A stretch of DNA of 31,951 nt from an uncultured Erysipelotrichaceae bacterium. Lineage in GTDB: Bacteria > Bacillota_I > Bacilli_A > Erysipelotrichales > Erysipelotrichaceae. The position numbers and the translations under genes were made by a program. Positions 17,695 through 25,819 of this stretch are shown here, piece after piece. The DNA is taken from contig CAYNZZ010000013.1 of assembly GCA_964401865.1 (NCBI GenBank), positions 1 to 31,951 of the forward strand, written 5' to 3'. Every line of letters starts with the position of its first letter. Position 1 is the first letter of the stretch. The notes under the pieces are model-generated. The model did not search any database, was not told the DNA's origin, and saw nothing but the letters and a program-made list of their open reading frames with translations.

Positions 17695-18366
17695 ATGAAT
17701 CAAACTATCAACAAAGAATTCTTTGATGCATGTGCTAGTGGTGATTACGCTAAAGTTTGCGCATGTATAGCAAAGGGTGCCGATGTCAATATGACAAACG
17801 GAGATGGTAGAAGTGCATTGATGCGTTCTGCTAAAAGAGGATATGTAGATATCGTAAGAACATTATTGGACAATGGTGCAAATGTTCGTTCACGTGACAA
17901 AAATAACAAGACTGCTTTAATGGGGGCTTGTAAGAAGGGTTATTTAGATATTGTTAAATTATTATGCGAAGCAGGGGCTGATGTTAATTCGCATGACAAC
18001 AATGGTCGTACTTCTTTGATGAGAGCGGCTTTTATGGGAGAAAATGCAGTTGTTGAATATTTAGTTGAACATGGTGCTAATTTAGATACTCAAGACAATA
18101 GAGGAAGAACTGCTTTAATGGAAGCTGTCCTTGCGTTCAAAGTTGATGTTGTCGAGTATTTAATTGAAAAGGGAGCTAATGTTAATGCTCAAGATAACAA
18201 TGGTTGCACATGTTTGATGCGTGCTAGTTATGGCGGATATGGCGATTTGATAAATTATTTGCTTGCAAATGGTGCAGATAAAGAAATCGTAGATAATGAT
18301 GGTAATAAGGCCATTCATTATTTGCGCACTGAATGCTTTGAAGAACTTAAAGGATCTTTGAAATAG
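17695..18366 (+). CDS. ankyrin-repeat protein (6-7 ANK repeats, no signal peptide)
   Basis: AGGAGG 9 nt upstream. The protein has a 33-aa periodicity with repeated G(R)TALM..A..G..D(I/V)V..L(L/I)..GA(D/N)VN..D..G units. Confidence 0.9.
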   Translation: MNQTINKEFFDACASGDYAKVCACIAKGADVNMTNGDGRSALMRSAKRGYVDIVRTLLDNGANVRSRDKNNKTALMGACKKGYLDIVKLLCEAGADVNSHDNNGRTSLMRAAFMGENAVVEYLVEHGANLDTQDNRGRTALMEAVLAFKVDVVEYLIEKGANVNAQDNNGCTCLMRASYGGYGDLINYLLANGADKEIVDNDGNKAIHYLRTECFEELKGSLK

Positions 18367-18375
18367 GTGGCATTT

Positions 18376-20448
18376 ATGAAAGACTATTTAGCAAATGATA
18401 TTCGTAATGTCGTTTTATTAGGGCATTCTGGTGCTGGTAAATCGTCACTTATCGAGGCGGCATTATATTTTACTAAGGCTATTGATAGAATAGGTAGTGC
18501 TAGCGACGGTAATTCTATTGTCGATTACGATCCGGAAGAAATTAAAAGAGGGCTATCTATTTATACTGCTATTGCACCTTGCGAGTGGCGCAATTATAAG
18601 ATTAATTTCATTGATACACCCGGCTATCTTGATTATGAAGGCGAAATGCGCGCCGGATTGTCGGTTGGCGATAATGCTTTAATCGTCGTAAGCGCTAAAG
18701 ATGGTGTTGAATCAGGAACTGAAAAAGCTATCAAATTAGTTAATAAGAAGAAATTGCCTACTATTTTCTTTGTCAATAAGATTGATGATGAACACGCTTC
18801 TTTTGAAAAGACATATGAATCTTTAAGAGATTCGTTTGGAAAATCTATCATTCCTTTTGAAGTACCGATTGTTGAAAATGGCAAAGTAATCGGTTCAATA
18901 AATATTTTAAGAAATAAGGCTTGGTACTATGCTGATTTATCAACACCAAAAGAAGTACCGGATGATTATAAAGATGTGGTGGAAGAATATTACAATCAAA
19001 TTGCTGAAGCTATCGCAATGACTGATGATGAATTGATGGATAAGTTCTTCTCTGGTGAACATTTTGATGAAAACGAGCTTGCAAAAGGTTTGAGAATTGG
19101 CGTTAGAAATGGCGATATTAGACCGGTATATTGCGGAAGTGCTACTAATGTTATCGGTATTGAAAGATTATTAGACTTAATTACTGAATATTTTCCTAAC
19201 TATGCAGAAAAAGGAACAATCACTGCTACTAATGAAAAAGGTGAGGAAATTCTTCTTGAAACAAATGAACACGATAATTTCAGTGCTCAAATCTTTAAGA
19301 CCGTTGTCGATCCATTTGTTGGTAAAATTTCGTATTTGAAGGTCATGAGTGGTGTTTTAACTAGTGATTCGCAGGTCTATAATCTTAAAAAAGATCAAAC
19401 TGAAAAGATTAATCAGATTTATGTTGTTAATGGTAAGATGCAAATCGCTGTTGGTAAACTATTCACTGGTGATTTAGGTGCAGTTGTTAAATTACAATAT
19501 ACAGAAACAAATGATACTTTATCAACCAAGGCTTGCCCAGTCAATTATCCAGATATTGAGTTCCCTAAGCCTATGTTAGGCATGGCGATTACTCCAAAGA
19601 CTAAAGCTGACGAAGATAAGATGTCGTTTGCCATTCAAAGAGTATTAGAAGAAGATCGCACATTGCGTTTAGAAAAGAATGTTGAAACAAAGGAACAAGT
19701 TCTTTATGCAATGGGTGAGCAAGCTCTTGATGTTGTGTGCAATAAATTGAAGAATAAGTACAAAGTAGAAATCGAACTTGCACCATACAAGATTCAATAT
19801 CGTGAAACAATCAGAGGAACTGTTGAAGCTGAGGGTAAACATAAAAAGCAATCAGGAGGAGCTGGTCAATATGGTCATGTATGGATTCGTTTCTCACCAT
19901 GCGATAGTGAAGATATGGAGTTTGATGAAGAGATTTTCGGTGGTGCAGTTCCAAAACAGTACTTCCCTGCAACTGAACAAGGTTTAAGAGAGTGCATGGA
20001 GAAAGGTGTGCTTGCCGGATATAAGGTTGTTGGTGTTAAAGCTACATTGTTTGATGGTTCTTATCATGATGTTGATTCAAAGGAAATTGCCTTTAAAGCA
20101 GCTGCTAGACTTGCGTATAAAGCAGGTATGCCAAAGGCAAAACCTATCTTACTAGAACCTATTGGTAAGGTAGAGGTGTTAGTTCCAGAAGAGTACACTG
20201 GTACTATCATTGGTGATTTCAATAAACGCCGTGGTATTATCATCGGTATGGAATTAACAGAAGACAATGAACAAAGAATTGAAGTCGAAGTACCGATGTC
20301 AGAAATGCAAAGATATTCTACTGAACTCCGTTCAATGACTCAAGGTCGTGGAACATACGTAATTGAATTTGATCGTTATGAACCTGCACCACAACCAGTT
20401 GCTGATAAAGTTATCAAAAACGCTAAAATTGAAGAGGACGAAGAATAA
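18376..20448 (+). CDS. EF-G paralogue of the EF-G2 class (translational GTPase)
   Basis: AGGTGG 5 nt before the ATG at 18376. G1 is GHSGAGKS, switch II is DTPGYLDY, and G4 is NKID. Domain IV/V motifs are GKHKKQSGGAGQYGHV and GSYHDVDS. It is collinear with my recollection of Thermus EF-G-2. Confidence 0.85.
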   Translation: MKDYLANDIRNVVLLGHSGAGKSSLIEAALYFTKAIDRIGSASDGNSIVDYDPEEIKRGLSIYTAIAPCEWRNYKINFIDTPGYLDYEGEMRAGLSVGDNALIVVSAKDGVESGTEKAIKLVNKKKLPTIFFVNKIDDEHASFEKTYESLRDSFGKSIIPFEVPIVENGKVIGSINILRNKAWYYADLSTPKEVPDDYKDVVEEYYNQIAEAIAMTDDELMDKFFSGEHFDENELAKGLRIGVRNGDIRPVYCGSATNVIGIERLLDLITEYFPNYAEKGTITATNEKGEEILLETNEHDNFSAQIFKTVVDPFVGKISYLKVMSGVLTSDSQVYNLKKDQTEKINQIYVVNGKMQIAVGKLFTGDLGAVVKLQYTETNDTLSTKACPVNYPDIEFPKPMLGMAITPKTKADEDKMSFAIQRVLEEDRTLRLEKNVETKEQVLYAMGEQALDVVCNKLKNKYKVEIELAPYKIQYRETIRGTVEAEGKHKKQSGGAGQYGHVWIRFSPCDSEDMEFDEEIFGGAVPKQYFPATEQGLRECMEKGVLAGYKVVGVKATLFDGSYHDVDSKEIAFKAAARLAYKAGMPKAKPILLEPIGKVEVLVPEEYTGTIIGDFNKRRGIIIGMELTEDNEQRIEVEVPMSEMQRYSTELRSMTQGRGTYVIEFDRYEPAPQPVADKVIKNAKIEEDEE

Positions 20449-20457
20449 TATTAAAGT

Positions 20458-20486
20458 AAAAGGTAGTACATATGCGCTACCTTTTA
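20458..20486 (+). terminator. terminator of the ankyrin/EF-G2 unit
   Basis: aaaaggtag-(10-nt loop)-ctacctttt. Confidence 0.6.
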
Positions 20487-20504
20487 CATAATAGAAACAT
20501 AAAT

Positions 20505-20533
20505 AAAGCGAGGGTGCTTAATATCCTCGCTTT
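20505..20533 (-). terminator. terminator of the TauE gene
   Basis: aaagcgagg-(11-nt loop)-cctcgcttt. On the minus strand it is followed by tttattt. Confidence 0.6.
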
Positions 20534-20537
20534 ATAT

Positions 20538-21308
20538 TTATAGATAATTTACTAAAAGTATTGCAACTCCAAGTATGGAAAGTATTGCGCCAGTAACACG
20601 ATTTAATATGATAGGTGATGTCTTATTGGCAAATCGGGCGGCAATTCTAGCCCACAATAGAGTAAATAAAACGCATAGTATAAGTAAAGTGATATCTGGC
20701 AGTCCACCTATCATGAAATGCGATATTGAACCGGTTAAAGCAGTAAATGTCATGATGAATACGCTTGTACCAACTGCTGTTTTTAGTTCGTATCCTAAAA
20801 CGGATGTTAATATCAGCAACATCATTATTCCGCCACCGGCACCAACAAATCCGCATATGAAACCGACACCTGCACCACATACAATGGATTGAATTGCTCT
20901 TTTTTGAAATGATATACTATCCATTGCTTCGCGAGTTGTCATGACTGGTTTAACTAAAAATTTAATTCCCATTAAAAGAGTCATTACGGTAGAAAAACTG
21001 CCCATAGTTTGATTAGATACTAAACTTGAAGCCCAACTACCTACTAAAGTAAAAGTTAGCACGCTAATCATCATGATCAATCCATTTTTGATGTCTAGGT
21101 TTCCGTTTTTCTTATAAGTATATGCAGATATTGCGCTTGCCAATACATCAGAAGCCAGTGCTATTCCTACGGCTTGATAGGCTGGGACATCTAAAAAAGT
21201 GATTAACATTGGCGAAATTACCGCAGCAGCACTCATGCCTGCAAAACCAGTTCCTAGTCCTGCTCCCATTCCGGCAATAAAACAGATAAGAATTTTTGTT
21301 ATATTCAT
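20538..21308 (-). CDS. TauE/SafE-family sulfite/anion exporter
   Basis: Polytopic, Gly-rich membrane protein with duplicated halves (GMGAGLGTGFAG and GAGVGFICGFVGAGGG). The track start at 21326 is a TTG; I prefer the ATG at 21308, which has GGAAAGG upstream. Confidence 0.75.
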   Translation of the reverse strand: MNITKILICFIAGMGAGLGTGFAGMSAAAVISPMLITFLDVPAYQAVGIALASDVLASAISAYTYKKNGNLDIKNGLIMMISVLTFTLVGSWASSLVSNQTMGSFSTVMTLLMGIKFLVKPVMTTREAMDSISFQKRAIQSIVCGAGVGFICGFVGAGGGIMMLLILTSVLGYELKTAVGTSVFIMTFTALTGSISHFMIGGLPDITLLILCVLFTLLWARIAARFANKTSPIILNRVTGAILSILGVAILLVNYL

Positions 21309-21375
21309 TTTCTCTGACCTTTCCAAAACTGTTAAAAAAATAAGGATGTTACGAACAATATTATATATGTTAAAT

Positions 21376-21419
21376 AAAAAATAGTGTATAAGAGTAGCCC
21401 ACTCTATACACTATTTTTA
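21376..21419 (-). terminator. strong hairpin terminator after htrA (bidirectional geometry)
   Basis: atagtgtata(a)gagt-agccc-actctatacactat, flanked by an A-run and a T-run. Confidence 0.75.
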
Positions 21420-21428
21420 TCTGTTCTT

Positions 21429-22517
21429 TTATTCAACGCTTTGAACATTTTCTTTTAGGGTTATTTCTAAAGTGAGCTCTTCATTATTTCTCACAACTTT
21501 AATTGTTGTGGTATCACCGACATTCAATTCATTTAAAGCCGCACTTAATTCGCCATATGTAGAAATTGATTTGCCATTTAACTCGATAATTCTATCATAG
21601 ACATGAATATCAGCTTCTTGAGCAGCTCCGCCTTTTATTACTTCAATAACATATACTCCTTTAGGAAAACCATTAGCATCTTGATTGATTTGACTTATTT
21701 TGACACCAAGAGTAGCACGGTTTTTGACATAGCCGTTACTGATAATATCATTAGCTATTTTTGTCACAGTGTTAGAAGGAATTGCGTAACCTAAGCCTTC
21801 AACCGAAACAGATGATGAAGTATTGCCAGACTTAGCATTGACGATGCCGATTAGATTGCCGTTAATATCAAATAATCCTCCGCCGCTATTTCCTTGGTTG
21901 ACTGCTGCATTGGTTTGAATTAGGTACATTGTCTCGTTTTCGATAGAAATTTCTTTGTTCAATGCAGAAATAATGCCATCAGAAACCGAAATACCATTTC
22001 CTAGTGGATTGCCGATAACTATTGCTGTATCGCCGATTTCCAAACTATCGCTATCGGAAATAGTAACATATTTTAAATTATTGGCTTCGATTTTGATTAC
22101 AGCTAAGTCAGTTTTAGTATCATAACCTATTAATTTAGCGGCATAAATATTGCCGTTTGCATCTTTAACTTTAATTCCGTCACCATCTTTGATGACATGG
22201 GCATTAGTAACAATGTATCCGTCTTCGGAAATGACAACTCCAGAACCTTTAGATGTACTTGCTAACTGTTGACCAAAGTAGGTCGAAGACTTATCGACTG
22301 ATATTTCGACTACTGTTTCATACGCTTTATTGATGCCTTCTTTTAAAGAAGATTCTTCCTTATTGCTGAAAGTAGTATTAACGGTTTGGTTATTTTGAAT
22401 ATCACTATTTTTGATATTATTGGTATTGTATATTGCGTTACCACCATAGCCTCCTAATAAACCGCCTAGCAGTGCTACAAGGAAAACGATGAATAAGTTC
22501 TTAAAACTATTTCTCAT
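21429..22517 (-). CDS. htrA: HtrA/DegP-family serine protease with C-terminal PDZ domain
   Basis: GAGGTG RBS and an N-terminal TM anchor. The triad context is TNAHV, DLAVIK and GNSGGGLFD, with a PDZ-like C-terminus. Confidence 0.88.
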   Translation of the reverse strand: MRNSFKNLFIVFLVALLGGLLGGYGGNAIYNTNNIKNSDIQNNQTVNTTFSNKEESSLKEGINKAYETVVEISVDKSSTYFGQQLASTSKGSGVVISEDGYIVTNAHVIKDGDGIKVKDANGNIYAAKLIGYDTKTDLAVIKIEANNLKYVTISDSDSLEIGDTAIVIGNPLGNGISVSDGIISALNKEISIENETMYLIQTNAAVNQGNSGGGLFDINGNLIGIVNAKSGNTSSSVSVEGLGYAIPSNTVTKIANDIISNGYVKNRATLGVKISQINQDANGFPKGVYVIEVIKGGAAQEADIHVYDRIIELNGKSISTYGELSAALNELNVGDTTTIKVVRNNEELTLEITLKENVQSVE

Positions 22518-22570
22518 ATTATCACCTCACATTTATCATTATAAGCTGATGTGTGAAATGAAAGTGAATT

Positions 22571-24115
22571 CTAACTTAATTTATCAAGAATTTTATTAGC
22601 TATTCTTATACCGTCAATGGCGCAAGACATAATTCCTCCACCATAACCGCTGCCTTCTCCACATGGATATAGTCCATTTGTACTAACAGATTGTCCACTT
22701 TCATTTCTTTCGATTCTGACTGGACAACTACTTCTGGTTTCCGGCGCCACCATAATTCCGTCATTGATAAAACCTTTGATTTTTTGATCGAAATGAGAGA
22801 TGGCATTTTTAAAATCAATGTTAAATTTCGGATTAAAGAAATTGTTTAAATTGTATAAATAAGTGCCAAGTGGGTAGGTGGAATTGAAGATTAATGGATT
22901 TAATTCATTGTTCATATAGTCTTTTATGTTCATGGATAATGCTTTATACGAACCGGATATTTGATAGGCTTTTTCTTCATATTTGTGTAGTAAATTAAAA
23001 CCGCTCAATACATCCTCACTATCGTAATCATCACTATTGACTTGAACAAGTATTGCGCTATTAGCTATCCCACTATCTCTTTTGGCGTATGACATTCCAT
23101 TGGTAACAATTGTCTTTTCTTCACTACTCGCTGGTACAACAATTCCTCCTGGGCACATACAGAAACTATAAACACCTCTATTGCCTTGATAACGTAAAAA
23201 ATACTCAGCATGCGAAAGAGTTTTAACTTTATTTATGTCGCTATATTGATTTATGTCGATGATAGCTTGTGGGTGTTCAACACGAAAGCCAATCGCAAAG
23301 TCTTTATTTTTAATGGCTACCTGATGATTTTTTAACATTTTAATTGTTTCAAATGCACTATGACCAGTCGCTAAAATAACAGTGTCTCCATAATATGTAT
23401 TTTTATCTGTTAATATACCTTTGACTTTATCGTTTTCTATTATCAAATCTTTTAACTCTTCGTCAAAATGGAATTCAGCTCCTTTTTTAATCATTTCATC
23501 GGTAATATTAGTGATAATGTTTCTTATTTTATCGGTGCCAATATGAGGATGAGCATCAATCTTAATAGTTTTGTCTGCTCCGTTTTTTACAAATATGTCT
23601 AAAATATAGTCGATAAAAGGATTTTTGATTCTGGTGGTTAATTTGGCATCAGAAAAAGTTCCGGCTCCGCCTTCTCCAAATTGGACATTGGAATTAGGAT
23701 TTAAAATACCTTTTTCAAAGAAGGTTTCAACATCTTTAACTCTCTTTGCGATTCTTGAACCTTTTTCAAAGATGATAGGTTTTAGACCGGCTTCAACTAA
23801 TCGATAACTAGCGAAGATACCGCTAGGACCATATCCAACTATAATAGGTCGAATGGTTTTGGATATTTTGGGTGCGCTTAAATCTTCTTTGATGTATTTA
23901 GTAACGCCAGGAATTTTTAAATATTTGTTTTCCTGTTTAACATCGACAATTATTTGTAGAACATATACTATTTCTTTTCTTGCGTCGATGGAACGCTTGA
24001 TTATCTTGAAAGATCTAATCTCGCTCTTACTAGTTTTTAGTTTATGACATAGCTTAGAAATAATGATATCATCGCTATATTCTAATGGGCATTTAATTTC
24101 ATTTATTAGTAACAT
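22571..24115 (-). CDS. FAD-dependent oxidoreductase-like protein (COG2509-type)
   Basis: Dinucleotide-binding motif IIVGYGPSGIFASYRL and C-terminal GEGSGYGGGIMS. 514 aa. Confidence 0.7.
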   Translation of the reverse strand: MLLINEIKCPLEYSDDIIISKLCHKLKTSKSEIRSFKIIKRSIDARKEIVYVLQIIVDVKQENKYLKIPGVTKYIKEDLSAPKISKTIRPIIVGYGPSGIFASYRLVEAGLKPIIFEKGSRIAKRVKDVETFFEKGILNPNSNVQFGEGGAGTFSDAKLTTRIKNPFIDYILDIFVKNGADKTIKIDAHPHIGTDKIRNIITNITDEMIKKGAEFHFDEELKDLIIENDKVKGILTDKNTYYGDTVILATGHSAFETIKMLKNHQVAIKNKDFAIGFRVEHPQAIIDINQYSDINKVKTLSHAEYFLRYQGNRGVYSFCMCPGGIVVPASSEEKTIVTNGMSYAKRDSGIANSAILVQVNSDDYDSEDVLSGFNLLHKYEEKAYQISGSYKALSMNIKDYMNNELNPLIFNSTYPLGTYLYNLNNFFNPKFNIDFKNAISHFDQKIKGFINDGIMVAPETRSSCPVRIERNESGQSVSTNGLYPCGEGSGYGGGIMSCAIDGIRIANKILDKLS

Positions 24116-24167
24116 AGTACTATTATAACCGTTTTACAGAATCTAATAAATGATTTATAATTTCCGT
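24116..24167. promoter_or_regulatory. compact divergent promoter region, both transcripts apparently leaderless
   Basis: Minus strand: TATAAT (24122-24127), agtact, ATG at 24115. Plus strand: TTTACA (24133-24138), 17 nt, TATAAT (24156-24161), ttccgt, ATG at 24168. Confidence 0.55.
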
Positions 24168-25091
24168 ATGAGTAGTAAGACTAAAAGAGTAAGTGTAAAT
24201 TATATAAAAAATGAGTTCTTTACTGTCGGATTAATATTTTGCGTATACATCTTACTTGTGCTATATCTGTTATCATTTTTAGGGGTATTAGTTAATTCGT
24301 CGCCTAATTTATCTTTTATTGCTAATAATGAATATTTATATGTGGGGATAGTGTATTTATTATTCGTAATAGGAACTCTGGTTCCGGTTTTAACGATGGT
24401 TCTTTCCTCGAAAGTTAAGATAAGTGAATTTTGGCGGCACAGTAGTTGTAAATTTAGTGATATTATCGTTTCGACGGTCGTGTTTATTTCTTTGGGAACT
24501 GCTTCAATGTTTTTGATGGTAGTACTAAATTCATATTTTCCATTAGGAGAAGAACTTGTTTCGCCAATTGGGCTAACTATTAAACAGCAGTTTTTATTTA
24601 ATCCCTTATATGTATTTTTATTTGTGGTGGTATCGCCGATACTTGAAGAAGTTGCATTTAGAGGAGTTTTACTAAGAGTACTTGGAAAATATGGTAATCA
24701 GTTTGCAATGTGGGCGATTGCACTATTTTATGCCTTGTTGCACACATCATTTTCTGAAATATTTCCATCATTTATCATGTCGTTATTTTTGACTAAAGTT
24801 ACTTTAAGATATCGTAGTGTTCAACCGACTATCGTTATACATGTCTTGTATAATTTATTCCTGTATGCTTTTTCGATTATTTCACCTAAATACTATTTTG
24901 TATTGTCGATTGTTCTATTCCTGTTATATTTCTTATCAATCATTTTTATCTTTACGAAAAGATATCGTTTTGTCAAAATCAAAAAGCAAGATAATCCTTC
25001 GGTGGTGTGGAAATCTTTTTTAACCTCGCCAACAATCGTGATATCAATTCTATTGGTTATTGCTCATTCTGTTATTATGACTTTATTCTAA
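24168..25091 (+). CDS. CPBP-family intramembrane glutamic endopeptidase (CAAX protease-like)
   Basis: Motif 1 is EEVAFRG and the later His motifs are YALLHT and VIHVLYN, in a multi-TM protein. I chose the start at 24168 because the track's ATG at 24150 lies between the -35 and -10 elements and immediately abuts the -10. Confidence 0.75.
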   Translation: MSSKTKRVSVNYIKNEFFTVGLIFCVYILLVLYLLSFLGVLVNSSPNLSFIANNEYLYVGIVYLLFVIGTLVPVLTMVLSSKVKISEFWRHSSCKFSDIIVSTVVFISLGTASMFLMVVLNSYFPLGEELVSPIGLTIKQQFLFNPLYVFLFVVVSPILEEVAFRGVLLRVLGKYGNQFAMWAIALFYALLHTSFSEIFPSFIMSLFLTKVTLRYRSVQPTIVIHVLYNLFLYAFSIISPKYYFVLSIVLFLLYFLSIIFIFTKRYRFVKIKKQDNPSVVWKSFLTSPTIVISILLVIAHSVIMTLF

Positions 25092-25098
25092 ATACTTG

Positions 25099-25129
25099 AG
25101 AGTTATTGGTTTATAACTCTTTTATTTTT
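25099..25129 (+). terminator. rho-independent terminator of the CPBP gene
   Basis: agagttat-tggttt-ataactct followed by tttattttt. Confidence 0.75.
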
Positions 25130-25236
25130 GTTGCAACACAATTATTGCAAGAGATGAAAAGATAAAATAATCATCTGTTTATATAAATTTATAAAGAAGG
25201 GATTAGACTTCTGTTAATCATCTGCCAATAAAAAAA

Positions 25237-25257
25237 GAAACCTCTAATGAGGTTTTT
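25237..25257 (-). terminator. terminator downstream of tRNA-Trp (bidirectional geometry)
   Basis: gaaacctc-taat-gaggtttt, with an A-run upstream and a T-run downstream. Confidence 0.7.
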
Positions 25258-25269
25258 AAATAATATTAA

Positions 25270-25343
25270 TGGCAGGGGCTGAGGGGATCGAACCCCCATC
25301 AACGGTTTTGGAGACCGGTATACTACCATTGTACGAAGCCCCT
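25270..25343 (-). tRNA. tRNA-Trp (anticodon CCA)
   Basis: The reverse complement reads AGGGGCTTCGTACAATGGTAGTATACCGGTCTCCAAAACCGTTGATGGGGGTTCGATCCCCTCAGCCCCTGCCA. It has the anticodon loop CTCCAAA, a GGTTCGATCC T-arm and an encoded CCA. Confidence 0.92.
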
Positions 25344-25355
25344 AACGCATAATTA

Positions 25356-25384
25356 ATCATAATAAAAATATTTTAGAATGTAAA
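25356..25384 (-). promoter_or_regulatory. candidate promoter for tRNA-Trp
   Basis: The minus strand reads TTTACA-17 nt-TATGAT, 12 nt before the tRNA 5' end. Confidence 0.4.
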
Positions 25385-25394
25385 GATAAAATGA

Positions 25395-25721
25395 CTACGA
25401 TTTATTTTCGTTAGCGTGTTCTATCGCCATGGCAACTATATTTGCAATATGTTCATCATCAAGTGAATAGTATATGGTTCTGCCATCTCTTCTATTTTTG
25501 ACAAGGTTAGCAGTCCTTAATAGTTTTAACTGATGAGAAATGGTTGATTGAGAAATGTTTAATGTTTCTACGAGTTCTGAAACACATAACTCTCGATGAC
25601 TTAATGCGATTAAGATATTTAGTCTTGTATTGTCACCCATAATACGAAAAAACTCAGAAACTTTGTTGAGACAATTTTCATCTAAGACGCAACGTTGTAT
25701 ATTATCAATAGCTTTATTCAT
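25395..25721 (-). CDS. ArsR/SmtB-family metalloregulator with an alpha5-type site (CzrA/SmtB-like)
   Basis: wHTH region LNILIALSHRELCVSELVETLNISQSTISHQLKLL. The C-terminal DEH-x10-H-x2-E (DDEHIANIVAMAIEHANE) matches the alpha5 Zn/Co site pattern DxHx10Hx2E. I chose the start at 25721 (MNKAIDN); the in-frame extension to 25793 runs through the promoter region. Confidence 0.8.
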   Translation of the reverse strand: MNKAIDNIQRCVLDENCLNKVSEFFRIMGDNTRLNILIALSHRELCVSELVETLNISQSTISHQLKLLRTANLVKNRRDGRTIYYSLDDEHIANIVAMAIEHANENKS

Positions 25722-25727
25722 ATCTTT

Positions 25728-25756
25728 ATTATATTTTTTTAAATAATTATTGTCAA
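25728..25756 (-). promoter_or_regulatory. promoter of the ArsR-family gene (TTGACA-17-TATAAT), leaderless
   Basis: The minus strand has -35 at 25751-25756 and -10 at 25728-25733, then aaagat and the ATG at 25721. Confidence 0.6.
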
Positions 25757-25798
25757 AATATATGAATATATTGACATATGAACATATATACATATAAT
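25751..25798 (+). promoter_or_regulatory. metal-efflux operon promoter (TTGACA-16-TATAAT) plus a palindromic candidate operator
   Basis: -35 at 25771-25776 and -10 at 25793-25798. TGTCAAaatatatgaatataTTGACA (25751-25776) is a near-palindrome that joins the two divergent -35 boxes. Confidence 0.6.
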
Positions 25799-25819
25799 AA
25801 AGATATAGGAGGATTAAGT

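Noticed and set aside
17695-20448. EF-G paralogue as a Tet(M)/Tet(O)-type tetracycline ribosomal protection gene.
   Set aside because: The G1 (GHSGAGKS) and switch II (DTPGY) motifs and the domain IV motifs match my recollection of the EF-G2 class, whereas Tet(M)/(O) retain DTPGH. No Tn916-like context is present. The attenuator resemblance is kept as a separate finding.
20575-20892. Track ORFs 20575-20892(+) and 20647-20880(-) inside the TauE gene. Other nested ORFs of the same kind include 4112-4315, 5704-5907, 8137-8328, 9348-9536, 11018-11257, 12996-13187, 15706-16229, 16395-16607, 18497-18884, 19601-19987, 20064-20267, 23625-24047 and 27926-28324.
   Set aside because: They are antisense or alternate-frame ORFs entirely within strongly supported genes. 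They lack an RBS and any recognisable motif.
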